A stretch of 64,000 nt of DNA from the NCBI GenBank assembly GCA_041666265.1, contig JBAYHH010000002.1, forward strand, positions 9,096-73,095. Reading direction: 5' to 3'. Within the stretch, counting starts at the first letter, position 1, and each line of letters opens with the position of its first letter. Below, piece by piece: positions 1-10,703 of the stretch. A program made the translations under genes and the position numbers. This DNA is from Candidatus Magasanikiibacteriota bacterium. GTDB taxonomy: Bacteria > Patescibacteriota > Patescibacteriia > Magasanikbacterales > GWA2-37-8. Under the pieces are notes generated by a model, which was given only the letters and a program-made list of their open reading frames with translations, had not been told where the DNA came from and did not search any database.

Positions 1-432
1 TTCGTATTGCTCGATGCCGAGGATGGTGCCAAAAGCGATGACTAATAAAATGATGACAAAAAACATGTTGGCCATGTCGCGCACCAGGACCCAACCGATC
101 TCGACCGCGGGCGAGCCGAGGTAGTCATTGTAGGACGCGACTTGGATGAGAAATTGGAGGAAAAACATGATCAGACGCAGAACCCAGCCGGTGAGCCAGA
201 TGGCCATTTGAGCGACACCTTGGGTGATCCAATTTTTGGCATCTTCGAGGGTAGTGTCTGAAGTCGGGGCGACACCGGTGGCGGTGCCGGCTGTATCCGC
301 CTGCGCCCACACATGCCCCACCCACCCGAGTGTCACCACGATCGCGAACGCGCCGACAAACACAAACAGCCGTCGATGCGCGCGGGCGAAGACGACGAGT
401 GTTTGGATAAATTGTCGGGTTTTATTTGGCAT
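1..432 (-). CDS. CPR conserved polytopic membrane protein, VirB6/TrbL-like (runs off the window's left edge)
   Basis: Not in ORF track; hand translation from ATG at 432 gives MPNKTRQF...GWVLVRDMANMFFVIILLVIAFGTILGIEQYE, the GWxxVRDxANMFF motif typical of Patescibacteria VirB6-like proteins. Confidence 0.75.
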   Translation of the reverse strand, partial: MPNKTRQFIQTLVVFARAHRRLFVFVGAFAIVVTLGWVGHVWAQADTAGTATGVAPTSDTTLEDAKNWITQGVAQMAIWLTGWVLRLIMFFLQFLIQVASYNDYLGSPAVEIGWVLVRDMANMFFVIILLVIAFGTILGIEQYE

Positions 433-440
433 AATTTGTT

Positions 441-599
441 AGATTCTTCGACTCCGTTTCACTGCGCTCAGAATGACACACGGCAATGACACACGGCATT
501 GTCATCCTGAGCGAGGCCGTAGCCGAGTCGAAGGATCTATTACTGTATATCCACAGATTCTTCGACTCCCCGCCTGCGGGCGGGTCGCTCAGAATGACA
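441..599. repeat. Intergenic cluster of GTCAT-type REP-like palindromes (units 441-478, 500-538, 555-599)
   Basis: AGATTCTTCG...GCTCAGAATGACA and TGTCATCCTGAGCG...GAAGGATCT units, same family as the copies inside genes. Confidence 0.9.
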
Positions 600-610
600 G
601 CGTGGTTGGG

Positions 611-3600
611 CTAATTCATCTCCGACGGCAACACGATGATGTGCCCATCATACGGAATGTAGGAATAATTGCCGGCATCGGGGAAATTCAAATTCAAACT
701 ATTTTGGTATTTACTGCAATATTGGGTGCCGTCGGATTCGCGCGCGATCGTATTGGGATTGTCCGGGAAATTATAGCAACCTCGTTGGATACCACGCGCG
801 TTTTTGGCATCGCCGGCCGCGGTCGAAGCGTAGCACCCGCCCGTGCACCAACCCCAATTATCCACGAGCTGGATGCGGGGGCGATAGGCGCAGACGATGT
901 CGCCGGTCTTGAGGAACGACCCGATGTGGGTTTCGGAAATTTCGATCTCGTCCGGCTTGAGCGGATTGGCGCCGACTTTCATGAGAGCATACGGCCCCTG
1001 CGGAAATTTCTTGTGTTGCGGGATATTATCCCAGGTGGTCGATGGCATGGGGCACTCGTAGATGTAACCGACTTCGGTGTAGCCCGCTTCGCAACCGGTA
1101 TCGTTGGAACTGCCAAAACCGCCAAAATATGTCTCGACATCGGACGGAACATTGGATAGGTAAGCATGGCACTGCCCGGTAGATTCGCCGATAGCGCAGT
1201 CTTTTGCGCTGGCACATGGCACTTCCGGATAGTTGGTGCAAAAATATTTTGTTGCATTACTGGCAAAACACCGCGGTTTGCGATTGGCGAGCGGACCGAT
1301 TGACGGCAAAGTAGCCTGATCCACATCTTTGAAAGTATCGGCAAAATCCACTTCCATCGAAGTGATCGGCATTTGGTTCGGATGCGCCCAAGAATAATAC
1401 CGAATCTTCACTTCAGCGCCGGCTTTGACCAAGATATCTCCGCGGATTTGATTATTCACGGAAAATCTGTCCAATGCGGATATTTTACAATTTCGTCCTT
1501 GATCTTCGCTGCAATCCTGGTAGATACCTTGCTCCTCATCGCCATAATGTGAACGATCCAAATCTGGCGCGGCGACGATCGGCGGAAAACGGGTGAAACG
1601 AGTCGCTCCCGGGGCAGCAGTATCAAAATATGAATTTGATTTTAATGGGTAATCAACTACTGTTTCTGAGATTCCCGGCCTTTCAGTATAATTAACTATA
1701 TGGCTATTTAATTCATAAATACCGTAAATTCGTCTGAACAATCTTTCCACCCACAAACAATAGATACTGTCTATGCTGGGCGAGCTGTTTACATTGAAAC
1801 CTGAACATTCGGTTTTAACAAAATTACTTGCTTCGTAGTCACGATTAATAAGCAAGGGGATACCGCTATCGCCAAATTCACTGAAACTACTGTCATAAGA
1901 TACTCCAAGACTAACCTGGTCACGAATTGTGCTACTATTAATATCAAACCAACCCAACGGTATTGTGTCGCCAACATCACCGCGATAATAATTGTTAAAA
2001 GTAAAATCGTATGGCCTGCCCGTTGAACGCAAATACCCGATCTCAAAAACATCCTTCATCAAGCCATATGGTTTATCGGGGACAAATACTGACCATGGAA
2101 TAATAAATTTCTTTTGAATTACGGTATCAGAAATAGATCGGTAATCATAAGGTTGACGCGCGCGCCAGGTACTTAGTAAAAAATTATTTTTACCTGCTTT
2201 CACTTGTGCGATACTGCGACAATATCCGAGAGTGATATCTTCAAAATAACCGACTACAACATATCCCAATTTCATTTCATTATCCAACGATCCGCAATAA
2301 CTTTCTCGAGCAGGTATGAACGGCGGGATATTACCTTGATCACAATCCGGTGGCACATCAAACCCTTTACATAAATCGACATTTACATACGATGTTTGAT
2401 TTGGAAATCCTGTCTCTATTGAACAAGTATACGACATCCGACGAAATCTTGATCCTGATTTTGTGATTCCAGCTCCCAAACCAGCATCCTCTTTATGATA
2501 AAATCCTCCATTAGCTATTTGAAACACAAGCGCTTTGTTATTTGTGCTCTCAATATTAGTTTCGCTAACTTTAATTTGAACAGATGAATAAGGTAAAACA
2601 TCGTATATCTGAAAAATACCGTTGTCAGCGCTACTTTCAGCATTTATATTTTCTTCGCAAAATGACCCACTGCTTTCTACGCCAGTCGTCATACAAGTTT
2701 TGTATTTTGACATCTGAGGCTGCGAAAAAGTTTGATGAAGTAAAATATATTTAATAGCATTTAGTCCTTCATGATCATCAATTATTGTCGAGCGATCAGG
2801 TTGAGTGGTTTCCCCGATATTCTTTTGTAGACGACTAATAACTTGATCGTTAGTTAAAATCGCATCTGTCCCTACTGCATTATATGTATTATCAACTCGT
2901 ATGGCTCGCCACTGATATACTGGAATTGGAGGCGACGAAGAACCGTCCAAAGTTTCTGTTAGCTGCTCAAATTTGCTCTTGATTTCCACATTTTGTCTTG
3001 TATTGGAAAGTGTGGAAACGGTATGATCTTTAATACCGGAATACAAGTTGTGATCACTGCTAATTTTGTCAAAATCAAACACCACTACTCCCGGAGCAAT
3101 CGGATAATTGCCGTGCTCCCACATGCCATTAATATTTTCGAGTGTCCAGACTGGGTCTGAATTAAGATTGATTGCTCTCGTCAAATATACTTCAGCTTTT
3201 ATTAAGCGATATTTTGTTTTGTCCCAAGTAAAATTATTCAGTACTTGTAGCTTGCCACTACCGGGATCAACCGTGCCCGATCCTAACACTGTATTAAACT
3301 TACTTTCCGTGCGACGAAATATAACATTTGTGCTTTGAGGTTCAGAATTGTGAATACATGCTAATTGCGCATCTGGGACTATCGACGACGACTGTGGAAA
3401 TACCACTCCAATATTTTCATCCAAACCCTGTCCTATGCAATCATTTTTCCAAATATTTCCATCGACAATATCGACCAACGCAGTATAGAATGGATCACCA
3501 AGCTGTAGATTTGTAATGGTATTTATACTGCTTTCGATACATTTAAAACGAGAATTATCGCCATCAAAAGTATCGCCAATATTACTATTATTGTACCATG

Positions 3601-6600
3601 TTCCACTCTCGTTTGCCGTAGCTCGATTATTCACCCCGGCCGGGCTATTCACCGGCAACCAACTAAGACACGCGTAATCGGGCGCATTGCTCATGGCCGT
3701 GCCATTGAGCGGACGGCGCAAATCATGCTCCAGACAATAACCTTTCCAGCCTGGGATTTCTTGGGTGGATTGGCGCGGGAGGCAGGTGCCGGCGAGGGTG
3801 GGGTTCTCATACACTTCAACTGTTTGCTGTATACCCAAACCACTATTTGTACACCTAAATATCAATGAAGAGTCACCGATTTGCATTTTTTCAGAAACAC
3901 CATCTGATATAGATACTGATCCTTCACAATCATGATAATAGACTTTATCGGTGCGATCACCTGCTACAAGGCAAGAATACACGCAAGTCGGCGGTGAACT
4001 ATAATTCTTCAATGACACTGAATCACCATCTTTTGCATACAAATTTCTTGGAAATGCAAGGTACTTCAAGCCAGTAGTCGCTATTCCGAAACTTGACGAG
4101 CTAAATCGATAATATGTCTTACCAACATTTGACGCATCATTTGCTGCACAATTCCACGGCTCCCCGGTCACGCTCCAATACCCTTTGGGCGCGCCACTAC
4201 TATCGAGCTCATTGGTCGGCACCTGTGGCCAATAAACAATTTTTTGATTGGACGGACTACTCCCCTCGGCGCCATATCCGAGCTTGTAATATCCACAATC
4301 ACAATCCTTCCCGCCGTTGGACTTGTCCTCACACAGTTTGACATTATCGAAACCCGGCCAAGAGCCGTCGCTCGATGACAGAGAATTTTTAAATACCGAC
4401 AACGGGAACGGCGAATTTGCCTCGGGATAACCGCGACAAGTGAATGAGCTCGTCACCACCTCGACATCGGACGGCGAAAAATGCGGCTGGTCACTGCGAT
4501 CAGTAAACATCGAAAAACCGGTGTAGTCGGGCCCGCCCCAGGTGATATCGCGATCGAGATAATTGACCATGCCGGCGCGCACGCTGAGGGCGCGATCGAC
4601 GATCACCTTGTCTTTGTCGGCGCGGGTCTCGGTGACATCGTGGGCGCATTTATTATCTCCCGAGCTGGGGAGAAATTTATCGCACACGCCGAGCATGTAG
4701 CACTCTTGTTCTTGTTTATTGGTAATCGGATTAAACCGGTAATTCGCCAGCCGGCAATAATCCCACTCGGCGCAAGCGCGGTCGGGCAAAGCTTGGACGA
4801 TAATATTGGCATCGAGCGTGCCACTGGCGATTGGCGCCACTTTTTCGCCGTTCTGGCGATTGCTGTCGCGATAAGTCAATCCGGTGTTCCAATATTTATT
4901 GACGATATCGGTCTGGTCGAGAAGCACGCACCCGAGATTGAGACTGGCCATGCCATTGCAGGCGCCGAGGCTGGGTTTGATTTTTTCGTTCATTAGTAAA
5001 TAATAACTCTGGCAGGGTTTGCCCGGCTGACAATCGTTTTTGTCGGTAAATTCGGTACAACTGTTTTGGCTAAGCGGACACTCGCCCACGAAACCGTTGT
5101 ATTTATTGTTGGTGCCATACGACCACAGATCATATTTCTGATAATCCACCAGATAATCCGGATAGCAGGCCTGCTTGTCGGTGTCGATGCATTTGGTCCC
5201 CTCGGCGCCTGAACAATCTGAGTCGACTTTACAATACGCGGGCGACTGCTCGCTGCTTTGGTCGCACCTACCCACGCCTTTCCAAAACCAGCCATAAGTG
5301 ATGCCATAGGGCGCTTTTTCGACGCGTGTTTGCCAACTGCAGATTTTTTGACCGATGACTTTGGGATCTTTAAAATACAAATCACCTTTGGACGAGCCAT
5401 ATTTATTACAACCGACTGCCTCGTTGGTGCACAAGGTGCCCGCGGAATTATTTGATCCAAAATAACCGTCCGGCAAATTTTTGACGCGCGTAGCGGTGAA
5501 TTTCGGACCGGATGGGGTGTCTGTTTGTTTGCCCGCGTCCATACAACCGACATTAGCGGCGGTGCAGGCGGATTTCTTGTCGGCTACGAGATAGATCGGG
5601 GTGGTCGAAGGGGTGTCGGCCGGAATGTGGATGGTGGAGGAAGTAATTTGGGCGGTAGTCGCGACAATATCCGCATAACTCTGATGTGAGATATTGGTAT
5701 AACACCCATAAGCGCCGGTTTCCGCGATACACGAATATTCAGTTCCACCAACCGTCACCGTTAATTTTCCGGCATCTCTTGGCCCGGGCAACCACACATT
5801 ATAATACCCTTCGCCGGTATCGCTCTGGGTATTTTGGGTGTCGATCACCGCGGTACAACCGACCGCATCCTCGCGACACAAATAACTGAAATTAGTGAGA
5901 TAAAATGGATTGTTATTTGGCGTCTGATAACGCGCGCAACCAAGGGCCTCGCCCGGCAAATTGTCGAGAGGATTGCTATCGCAAAGAGTGTTTACTGATA
6001 GAGATTTTTTGACGAGATAAATATAGTCTACCACTTCCATCAGTTTAATATTGTCAATATAGATTCGACCGGAATTATTGAGAGTAAATTTTAATTGCGC
6101 GGTCGAAGTGGCGCCGGCGAGCTCCACCGGCCCGAGATGATAATGTCTCCAAGAATCGCCGATCTCCACATCGCCGAGCGCTGTATTGGCATTATTAGCC
6201 AAGCTAATAGAAACTTTTTGCGTGCCACCGTTCGCACCCGTGCCTTTGGCCCAAAATGTCAAATCATAGCCTTTTTCCGGATTGAGTTTGAGATTTTTGG
6301 CGACAACGGCACTGCCGGCCGAAGCATAAAATGACAGCGAGTGTTCGCCGGTCTTGGTTGATTCACTGACGAGAGAAATACTGCCATTATTCGTGACCCA
6401 GCCCGCGAGCGCCTCGGTCGTAGAAGTATTTTCAAATTGATCGTAAAAAATATTACGGACATTATTGCCGGCATTGCCTTTGTAAGCGCGACAGGTCTCA
6501 ACCGCGGCCGAGCACACTCGGCTCACGCCCGCGGTGTTATTTTCACCGGCCGGCAAGCCATTGTAGTAGCAAAATCCGTCTTTGTACTCGCCATTATTGA

Positions 6601-9600
6601 AACAGAGCTCGCAATGATCGGTATTCCAATAGCCTTTTTTGGCGCTACATTCGGTTGCGTCCAAGCCGTCGGTTTCGGATTTCGCCGGCAACGCCTGCAA
6701 TTCGGCGGTATTTAATCTATAAGGCGTGCAGGTCTGCGACACCGGCACGGTCTGCGAAAGAATGCGATAATAGGTATGACCCTTATCGTCGGTAAATTGT
6801 CGACAATCCGGACTAACCGCATCGTCCCAGTCAACACTTTTTGACCCCTGGGCATACACCGTGGCATTGCAAACCAGTTTGAAATAATCCAAATCAGCCT
6901 GCGTGCGATAAAAATACGCCGGGCCGTCTTTGATCGCGTCCGCGTCCGCTTCGCCGGATTTATCTATTTTCAAAACATAACTTTTTAATTGAACACCCTC
7001 GGCTTGCGTGCTCTCGTAAGTGAAAAATTTCCCGCTTGTCGCCTGATCGGGCGTGATGCATGGGCGCAGATAGGCGTAGTAGTCGATTTTTTCCATTTGC
7101 CCCACGAGAGCGCTCATATTGGTAAAGGCGCTACAGCCCTCCTCGACAGCCGAACAGGTATTGCCGGACTTGGGGATAATATAGGCTAAATTTTGGCCAC
7201 GACTATAATTGCTCGGCATCTCGCGATAAGACGCGTAGCCCACGCATTTGGCGTCGCATTGGTCGTTCCAATTGAGCACCAGGCCATTGGCAATTTCCGC
7301 CGGATTAAATTTGCCCGGGATCTGCTCCCCGCTCGCCGAGGCCGTATACATATTACAATTTTCCTCGGCTGCGATACAGGGCTGGGCGTATTTGGCGCAC
7401 TCGGTTTTTTTCCAGGGCAATAAATTGGTGTTGATGCCATTGAGATCAGAAAGTGAATCGGGCCAGACGGTCGCGACCGATTCGGGACGGGCATTGTAGC
7501 ACCCGAGATAGTCCGGCGCCCGACGCAAATAAAGCGAGGCATCGTCGAGCGTGGCGGTATAGGCCGTGCAACCCGAGGAATTGCCGGTACAATCGGTCGA
7601 AACTTTGCCGTTGAAATGAATCGCGGTATTTTGAAAATTATTTGATGGTGTCGGCGCGCTCGCGGTGAGCCAATTACCGGCATCGTCTTTGGTCAAACTA
7701 TAAATGGCGCAACCGGCATTGTCGGCGTTGCATTTACCGGTGTCGAGCGTGCGATAAAGATAGCCGACTTGTTTGCCCGAGACATCTTTGAAACTGACAC
7801 AAGACGCGTATTGCTCCTCGCAATTGTCGGCGTTAAATTTCCAGACATTTTTTTCTTTGAGACAATAACCATAGCTCTGACAGCTCTTGCCGTCGAGACT
7901 GTAGCCCACGCACCCCTGCAAATCGGCGCATTCTTTGGAGCGATTGCCCGAGCCCGGCACCTCGATATCCGACCCGAAAACAAGCGCGTTACAGCGGTGG
8001 GGCGGGACTTTGATCACCCAATTCGGATTGATGAGGTGGCAAAACGGTTTCTTGGCATCATGGACAACATGGCCCTGCGCGTCATAGGTGCAATCATAAA
8101 ACCCGTTGACCACATCTTCGAGGGTCCAGGGGGCGTCCGGGTTGCTGTTGCGGGCGGCAATTTCAAACCCGAGCGGTAAGATGCGCGCCTGACGCATTTT
8201 TTTGACATTGCTATAACAATAGTATTTTTGATAGCACTGCGGGCTGGTGTCCTCGCTATTGGTGGGCGGGATCAGTTTGAATTTTTTGTGCAAAAGATCG
8301 CGTTGCATCGCCTGGGTGATGGTGAGATAGCGACCGGTGCTGTTGGGCTCGTTGAGCGCGGAGGCGAGGGCGTAATCGATGATACAATTATCCGGCGTGG
8401 GATTGGCCGGGCAAGCACCAAAAAGATTGACTAAATTCCATTCATCGATCGAATTGATTGGGGATTTGAGCAGATCGATAAACATCGCTTCGGCGACTTG
8501 GCGGCCGGATGCCGTGGTAGCGTCGGGATCTTTAGGATCCGGACCACCATCGTCATCCTCTGGTTTTGGTTCCCAGCTACCGTCATCATTGCCGATTTCA
8601 TCCAATCCCAATTCCGGCATCTCCGGCCAATCAAATTCTTGTTTTTTACAGACATCGGACACGCAAAATCCAAAAAGCATGCCGTTGTACATGAAGTTAT
8701 TAAGAACCTGAGAAAAAAAAGTATTAAAGAATACTGCCGGCGTGTAAATTAGCAAATCCTTCATCCCCGAAGCCATCGACGAATTGATCACCTGCGTGTT
8801 GGTCTTGGCTTTTTCCGAAGCCGATTGATTTTGAAATTCTTTTTGCATCACTTGCGCCGGAGTCTTGACATTGCCCGAGATAATATCCGACATGCCGATA
8901 GCACCCTGGCCTTCATCGCGCTGTTTCTCGGCTCCATAGGTATTCTCTTTGACGGTGCGATCGACTTTGGCGCTGGCATCGAGATAAATGCCAAGGTCGC
9001 TTTGATCGGGTTTGATGGAAAAATTAAAATTCTGCGCCATGTTTTTCCAATAGCGACTGCTCCCTACTTGTTTCCAGTTGCTCAAAAATTGGGTAAAAGT
9101 ACATTTTGGTTTTTCCGGAAAATATTTACCTTTGAGGCCGAGCCGCAAAGCCAAATCCAAAAACAAGGTCGGCGGGGCGCACAAATCGACGCCCAATATT
9201 TCACCAAGACCCTGTAAAAAAAAACCGGCCGCGTCGTTGCCCACACTCGCCATATAATCGCCGAAATTGTTGTAATGTGAAAACGGCGTCTCGCCCTTGC
9301 CACCGGCGGCGAGATAAACCGCGCTATCATAGGCGACACGCGTGATAAACGACTGAATCGCCTGCGTGATGCCCATATAGGCGGCCAAAAGCATCACTTC
9401 ATACCATTTCATCTCCACTTCTTTGGCGAAATATTTGGCGCGCAGGGCTTGGAGGACTTCGTTGATTAAGGGTAAATTTTGAAAATTATCAATAGTGGGG
9501 CCTGGTGAGACAACTGTCGTTGGTGCCCCGGGCACCTGCGCTCTCACCGACGCCGGCACGGCCAAACTCCCAAAAACCGACACCGACAAAAATACCGTTA

Positions 9601-9640
9601 CCGCGAAACAATAGACGATTTTTTTGAGTGTGTTGGGCAT
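611..9640 (-). CDS. Giant (~3000 aa) Cys-rich secreted/surface protein with a CBM4/9-like beta-sandwich segment
   Basis: Uninterrupted 9 kb ORF; N-terminal signal/TM segments; many Cys clusters; CBM-like segment (YDLTFWAKG...IYIDNIKL); ATG at 9640 preferred to TTG at 9646. Confidence 0.85.
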   Translation of the reverse strand: MPNTLKKIVYCFAVTVFLSVSVFGSLAVPASVRAQVPGAPTTVVSPGPTIDNFQNLPLINEVLQALRAKYFAKEVEMKWYEVMLLAAYMGITQAIQSFITRVAYDSAVYLAAGGKGETPFSHYNNFGDYMASVGNDAAGFFLQGLGEILGVDLCAPPTLFLDLALRLGLKGKYFPEKPKCTFTQFLSNWKQVGSSRYWKNMAQNFNFSIKPDQSDLGIYLDASAKVDRTVKENTYGAEKQRDEGQGAIGMSDIISGNVKTPAQVMQKEFQNQSASEKAKTNTQVINSSMASGMKDLLIYTPAVFFNTFFSQVLNNFMYNGMLFGFCVSDVCKKQEFDWPEMPELGLDEIGNDDGSWEPKPEDDDGGPDPKDPDATTASGRQVAEAMFIDLLKSPINSIDEWNLVNLFGACPANPTPDNCIIDYALASALNEPNSTGRYLTITQAMQRDLLHKKFKLIPPTNSEDTSPQCYQKYYCYSNVKKMRQARILPLGFEIAARNSNPDAPWTLEDVVNGFYDCTYDAQGHVVHDAKKPFCHLINPNWVIKVPPHRCNALVFGSDIEVPGSGNRSKECADLQGCVGYSLDGKSCQSYGYCLKEKNVWKFNADNCEEQYASCVSFKDVSGKQVGYLYRTLDTGKCNADNAGCAIYSLTKDDAGNWLTASAPTPSNNFQNTAIHFNGKVSTDCTGNSSGCTAYTATLDDASLYLRRAPDYLGCYNARPESVATVWPDSLSDLNGINTNLLPWKKTECAKYAQPCIAAEENCNMYTASASGEQIPGKFNPAEIANGLVLNWNDQCDAKCVGYASYREMPSNYSRGQNLAYIIPKSGNTCSAVEEGCSAFTNMSALVGQMEKIDYYAYLRPCITPDQATSGKFFTYESTQAEGVQLKSYVLKIDKSGEADADAIKDGPAYFYRTQADLDYFKLVCNATVYAQGSKSVDWDDAVSPDCRQFTDDKGHTYYRILSQTVPVSQTCTPYRLNTAELQALPAKSETDGLDATECSAKKGYWNTDHCELCFNNGEYKDGFCYYNGLPAGENNTAGVSRVCSAAVETCRAYKGNAGNNVRNIFYDQFENTSTTEALAGWVTNNGSISLVSESTKTGEHSLSFYASAGSAVVAKNLKLNPEKGYDLTFWAKGTGANGGTQKVSISLANNANTALGDVEIGDSWRHYHLGPVELAGATSTAQLKFTLNNSGRIYIDNIKLMEVVDYIYLVKKSLSVNTLCDSNPLDNLPGEALGCARYQTPNNNPFYLTNFSYLCREDAVGCTAVIDTQNTQSDTGEGYYNVWLPGPRDAGKLTVTVGGTEYSCIAETGAYGCYTNISHQSYADIVATTAQITSSTIHIPADTPSTTPIYLVADKKSACTAANVGCMDAGKQTDTPSGPKFTATRVKNLPDGYFGSNNSAGTLCTNEAVGCNKYGSSKGDLYFKDPKVIGQKICSWQTRVEKAPYGITYGWFWKGVGRCDQSSEQSPAYCKVDSDCSGAEGTKCIDTDKQACYPDYLVDYQKYDLWSYGTNNKYNGFVGECPLSQNSCTEFTDKNDCQPGKPCQSYYLLMNEKIKPSLGACNGMASLNLGCVLLDQTDIVNKYWNTGLTYRDSNRQNGEKVAPIASGTLDANIIVQALPDRACAEWDYCRLANYRFNPITNKQEQECYMLGVCDKFLPSSGDNKCAHDVTETRADKDKVIVDRALSVRAGMVNYLDRDITWGGPDYTGFSMFTDRSDQPHFSPSDVEVVTSSFTCRGYPEANSPFPLSVFKNSLSSSDGSWPGFDNVKLCEDKSNGGKDCDCGYYKLGYGAEGSSPSNQKIVYWPQVPTNELDSSGAPKGYWSVTGEPWNCAANDASNVGKTYYRFSSSSFGIATTGLKYLAFPRNLYAKDGDSVSLKNYSSPPTCVYSCLVAGDRTDKVYYHDCEGSVSISDGVSEKMQIGDSSLIFRCTNSGLGIQQTVEVYENPTLAGTCLPRQSTQEIPGWKGYCLEHDLRRPLNGTAMSNAPDYACLSWLPVNSPAGVNNRATANESGTWYNNSNIGDTFDGDNSRFKCIESSINTITNLQLGDPFYTALVDIVDGNIWKNDCIGQGLDENIGVVFPQSSSIVPDAQLACIHNSEPQSTNVIFRRTESKFNTVLGSGTVDPGSGKLQVLNNFTWDKTKYRLIKAEVYLTRAINLNSDPVWTLENINGMWEHGNYPIAPGVVVFDFDKISSDHNLYSGIKDHTVSTLSNTRQNVEIKSKFEQLTETLDGSSSPPIPVYQWRAIRVDNTYNAVGTDAILTNDQVISRLQKNIGETTQPDRSTIIDDHEGLNAIKYILLHQTFSQPQMSKYKTCMTTGVESSGSFCEENINAESSADNGIFQIYDVLPYSSVQIKVSETNIESTNNKALVFQIANGGFYHKEDAGLGAGITKSGSRFRRMSYTCSIETGFPNQTSYVNVDLCKGFDVPPDCDQGNIPPFIPARESYCGSLDNEMKLGYVVVGYFEDITLGYCRSIAQVKAGKNNFLLSTWRARQPYDYRSISDTVIQKKFIIPWSVFVPDKPYGLMKDVFEIGYLRSTGRPYDFTFNNYYRGDVGDTIPLGWFDINSSTIRDQVSLGVSYDSSFSEFGDSGIPLLINRDYEASNFVKTECSGFNVNSSPSIDSIYCLWVERLFRRIYGIYELNSHIVNYTERPGISETVVDYPLKSNSYFDTAAPGATRFTRFPPIVAAPDLDRSHYGDEEQGIYQDCSEDQGRNCKISALDRFSVNNQIRGDILVKAGAEVKIRYYSWAHPNQMPITSMEVDFADTFKDVDQATLPSIGPLANRKPRCFASNATKYFCTNYPEVPCASAKDCAIGESTGQCHAYLSNVPSDVETYFGGFGSSNDTGCEAGYTEVGYIYECPMPSTTWDNIPQHKKFPQGPYALMKVGANPLKPDEIEISETHIGSFLKTGDIVCAYRPRIQLVDNWGWCTGGCYASTAAGDAKNARGIQRGCYNFPDNPNTIARESDGTQYCSKYQNSLNLNFPDAGNYSYIPYDGHIIVLPSEMN

Positions 9641-9647
9641 AAACAAA

Positions 9648-10607
9648 TTATTGAGCGGCGGTGGACTGGGCCAGCGCGTTTAATATTTCTTGCACTGTAG
9701 TCATGATTTGCGCGTCGGTCATCTGGTCCACGCTCGCTTTATCCATCCCCTGTTTGATCAATAAAACGCGCGCGGTAGTAGGATCGGATAATTGCTTGAG
9801 TAGGTCAGCCGGCAACGATACATTTCCGACCGTGGTATTGGGCGCGGTAGCGGGCGGTGTCGTCACTGTCGGCGCGATCGCTGCCGACACAGAGCTCGAT
9901 GTCATTTTGCCGCTAAGCGCGAGCGCGGTGAGCGAACCCAAAATCGATGGACTGGACGAACTATAGGCGGCAAAATCCCGATTGCTCTCTTCGATTGCTT
10001 TGGCCACCATCGCTTTGATATCCGCGTCACTTAGACTATTCAAATCATCGGCGCTCGTCCCCTGTCTTTGCAATAAATTACGCACCGCGGTCGGATCGTC
10101 TTTGAGTTGATTGAGGAAATTCATCTGAGCATTGCGCGCGTCGGCAGTGAAATCATGATCAGACGCGAATCCACCGGATAATTGCGCGTAAGAAAATGTC
10201 CCGCTCGCGCTGGCTGTGGCATAAGCGCTCGCTACCTGCGTCGAGCAATACTTGCCGTGCGGACAAAGCGGATTTTCATTTTGGACAATCTCTTGTTTGT
10301 CGGCGATGCCGTCGCTGTCGGTGTCGGCGAGATACGGACTCGTGCCATAGACATACAATTCCTCGAAATCACTAAGGCCGTCATTGTCGGTGTCGCGATA
10401 CGCGAGCGTCTCCACACCATTGACTTCATTGCTCACCTCGGCGGGCACGCCGCTCCCAAGCTGAAACGGGCTATACATGGTATTGCGCAGTTGGAGCACC
10501 CCGAGGCCCAGCGCGGATACGGCAAAAACCAGCAATAAAACAAAACCCACTTTCTGTTCATGCGAAAGTTTTCGGATAGATTGTTGGGGCGATGCCTGAT
10601 CGTCCAT
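9648..10607 (-). CDS. Membrane-anchored protein with DxDxDG (TSP3-like, Ca-binding) repeats and a duplicated helical repeat
   Basis: One TM; DTDNDGLSDFEE and DTDSDGIADKQE; two copies of DPxxxRxLLxxQGxxxxxxxxxxDAxI; start MDDQ lies downstream of TGGTATAAT. Confidence 0.75.
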   Translation of the reverse strand: MDDQASPQQSIRKLSHEQKVGFVLLLVFAVSALGLGVLQLRNTMYSPFQLGSGVPAEVSNEVNGVETLAYRDTDNDGLSDFEELYVYGTSPYLADTDSDGIADKQEIVQNENPLCPHGKYCSTQVASAYATASASGTFSYAQLSGGFASDHDFTADARNAQMNFLNQLKDDPTAVRNLLQRQGTSADDLNSLSDADIKAMVAKAIEESNRDFAAYSSSSPSILGSLTALALSGKMTSSSVSAAIAPTVTTPPATAPNTTVGNVSLPADLLKQLSDPTTARVLLIKQGMDKASVDQMTDAQIMTTVQEILNALAQSTAAQ

Positions 10608-10703
10608 AATCCAAATAGTTACGAAATTATTATACCATAATTTTTTACAAAAAACCACAGCCCTGGGGCTGTGGATAACCTTCATAATTATTACTACCGA
10701 TAT

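Noticed and set aside
441-599. Possible CRISPR array
   Set aside because: Units alternate in orientation, vary internally and are dispersed across the window; no regular spacers and no cas genes.
473-1159. 228-aa plus-strand ORF beginning MTHGND..CHPERGRS
   Set aside because: It starts inside the REP cluster and is otherwise antisense to the giant gene; a shadow ORF.
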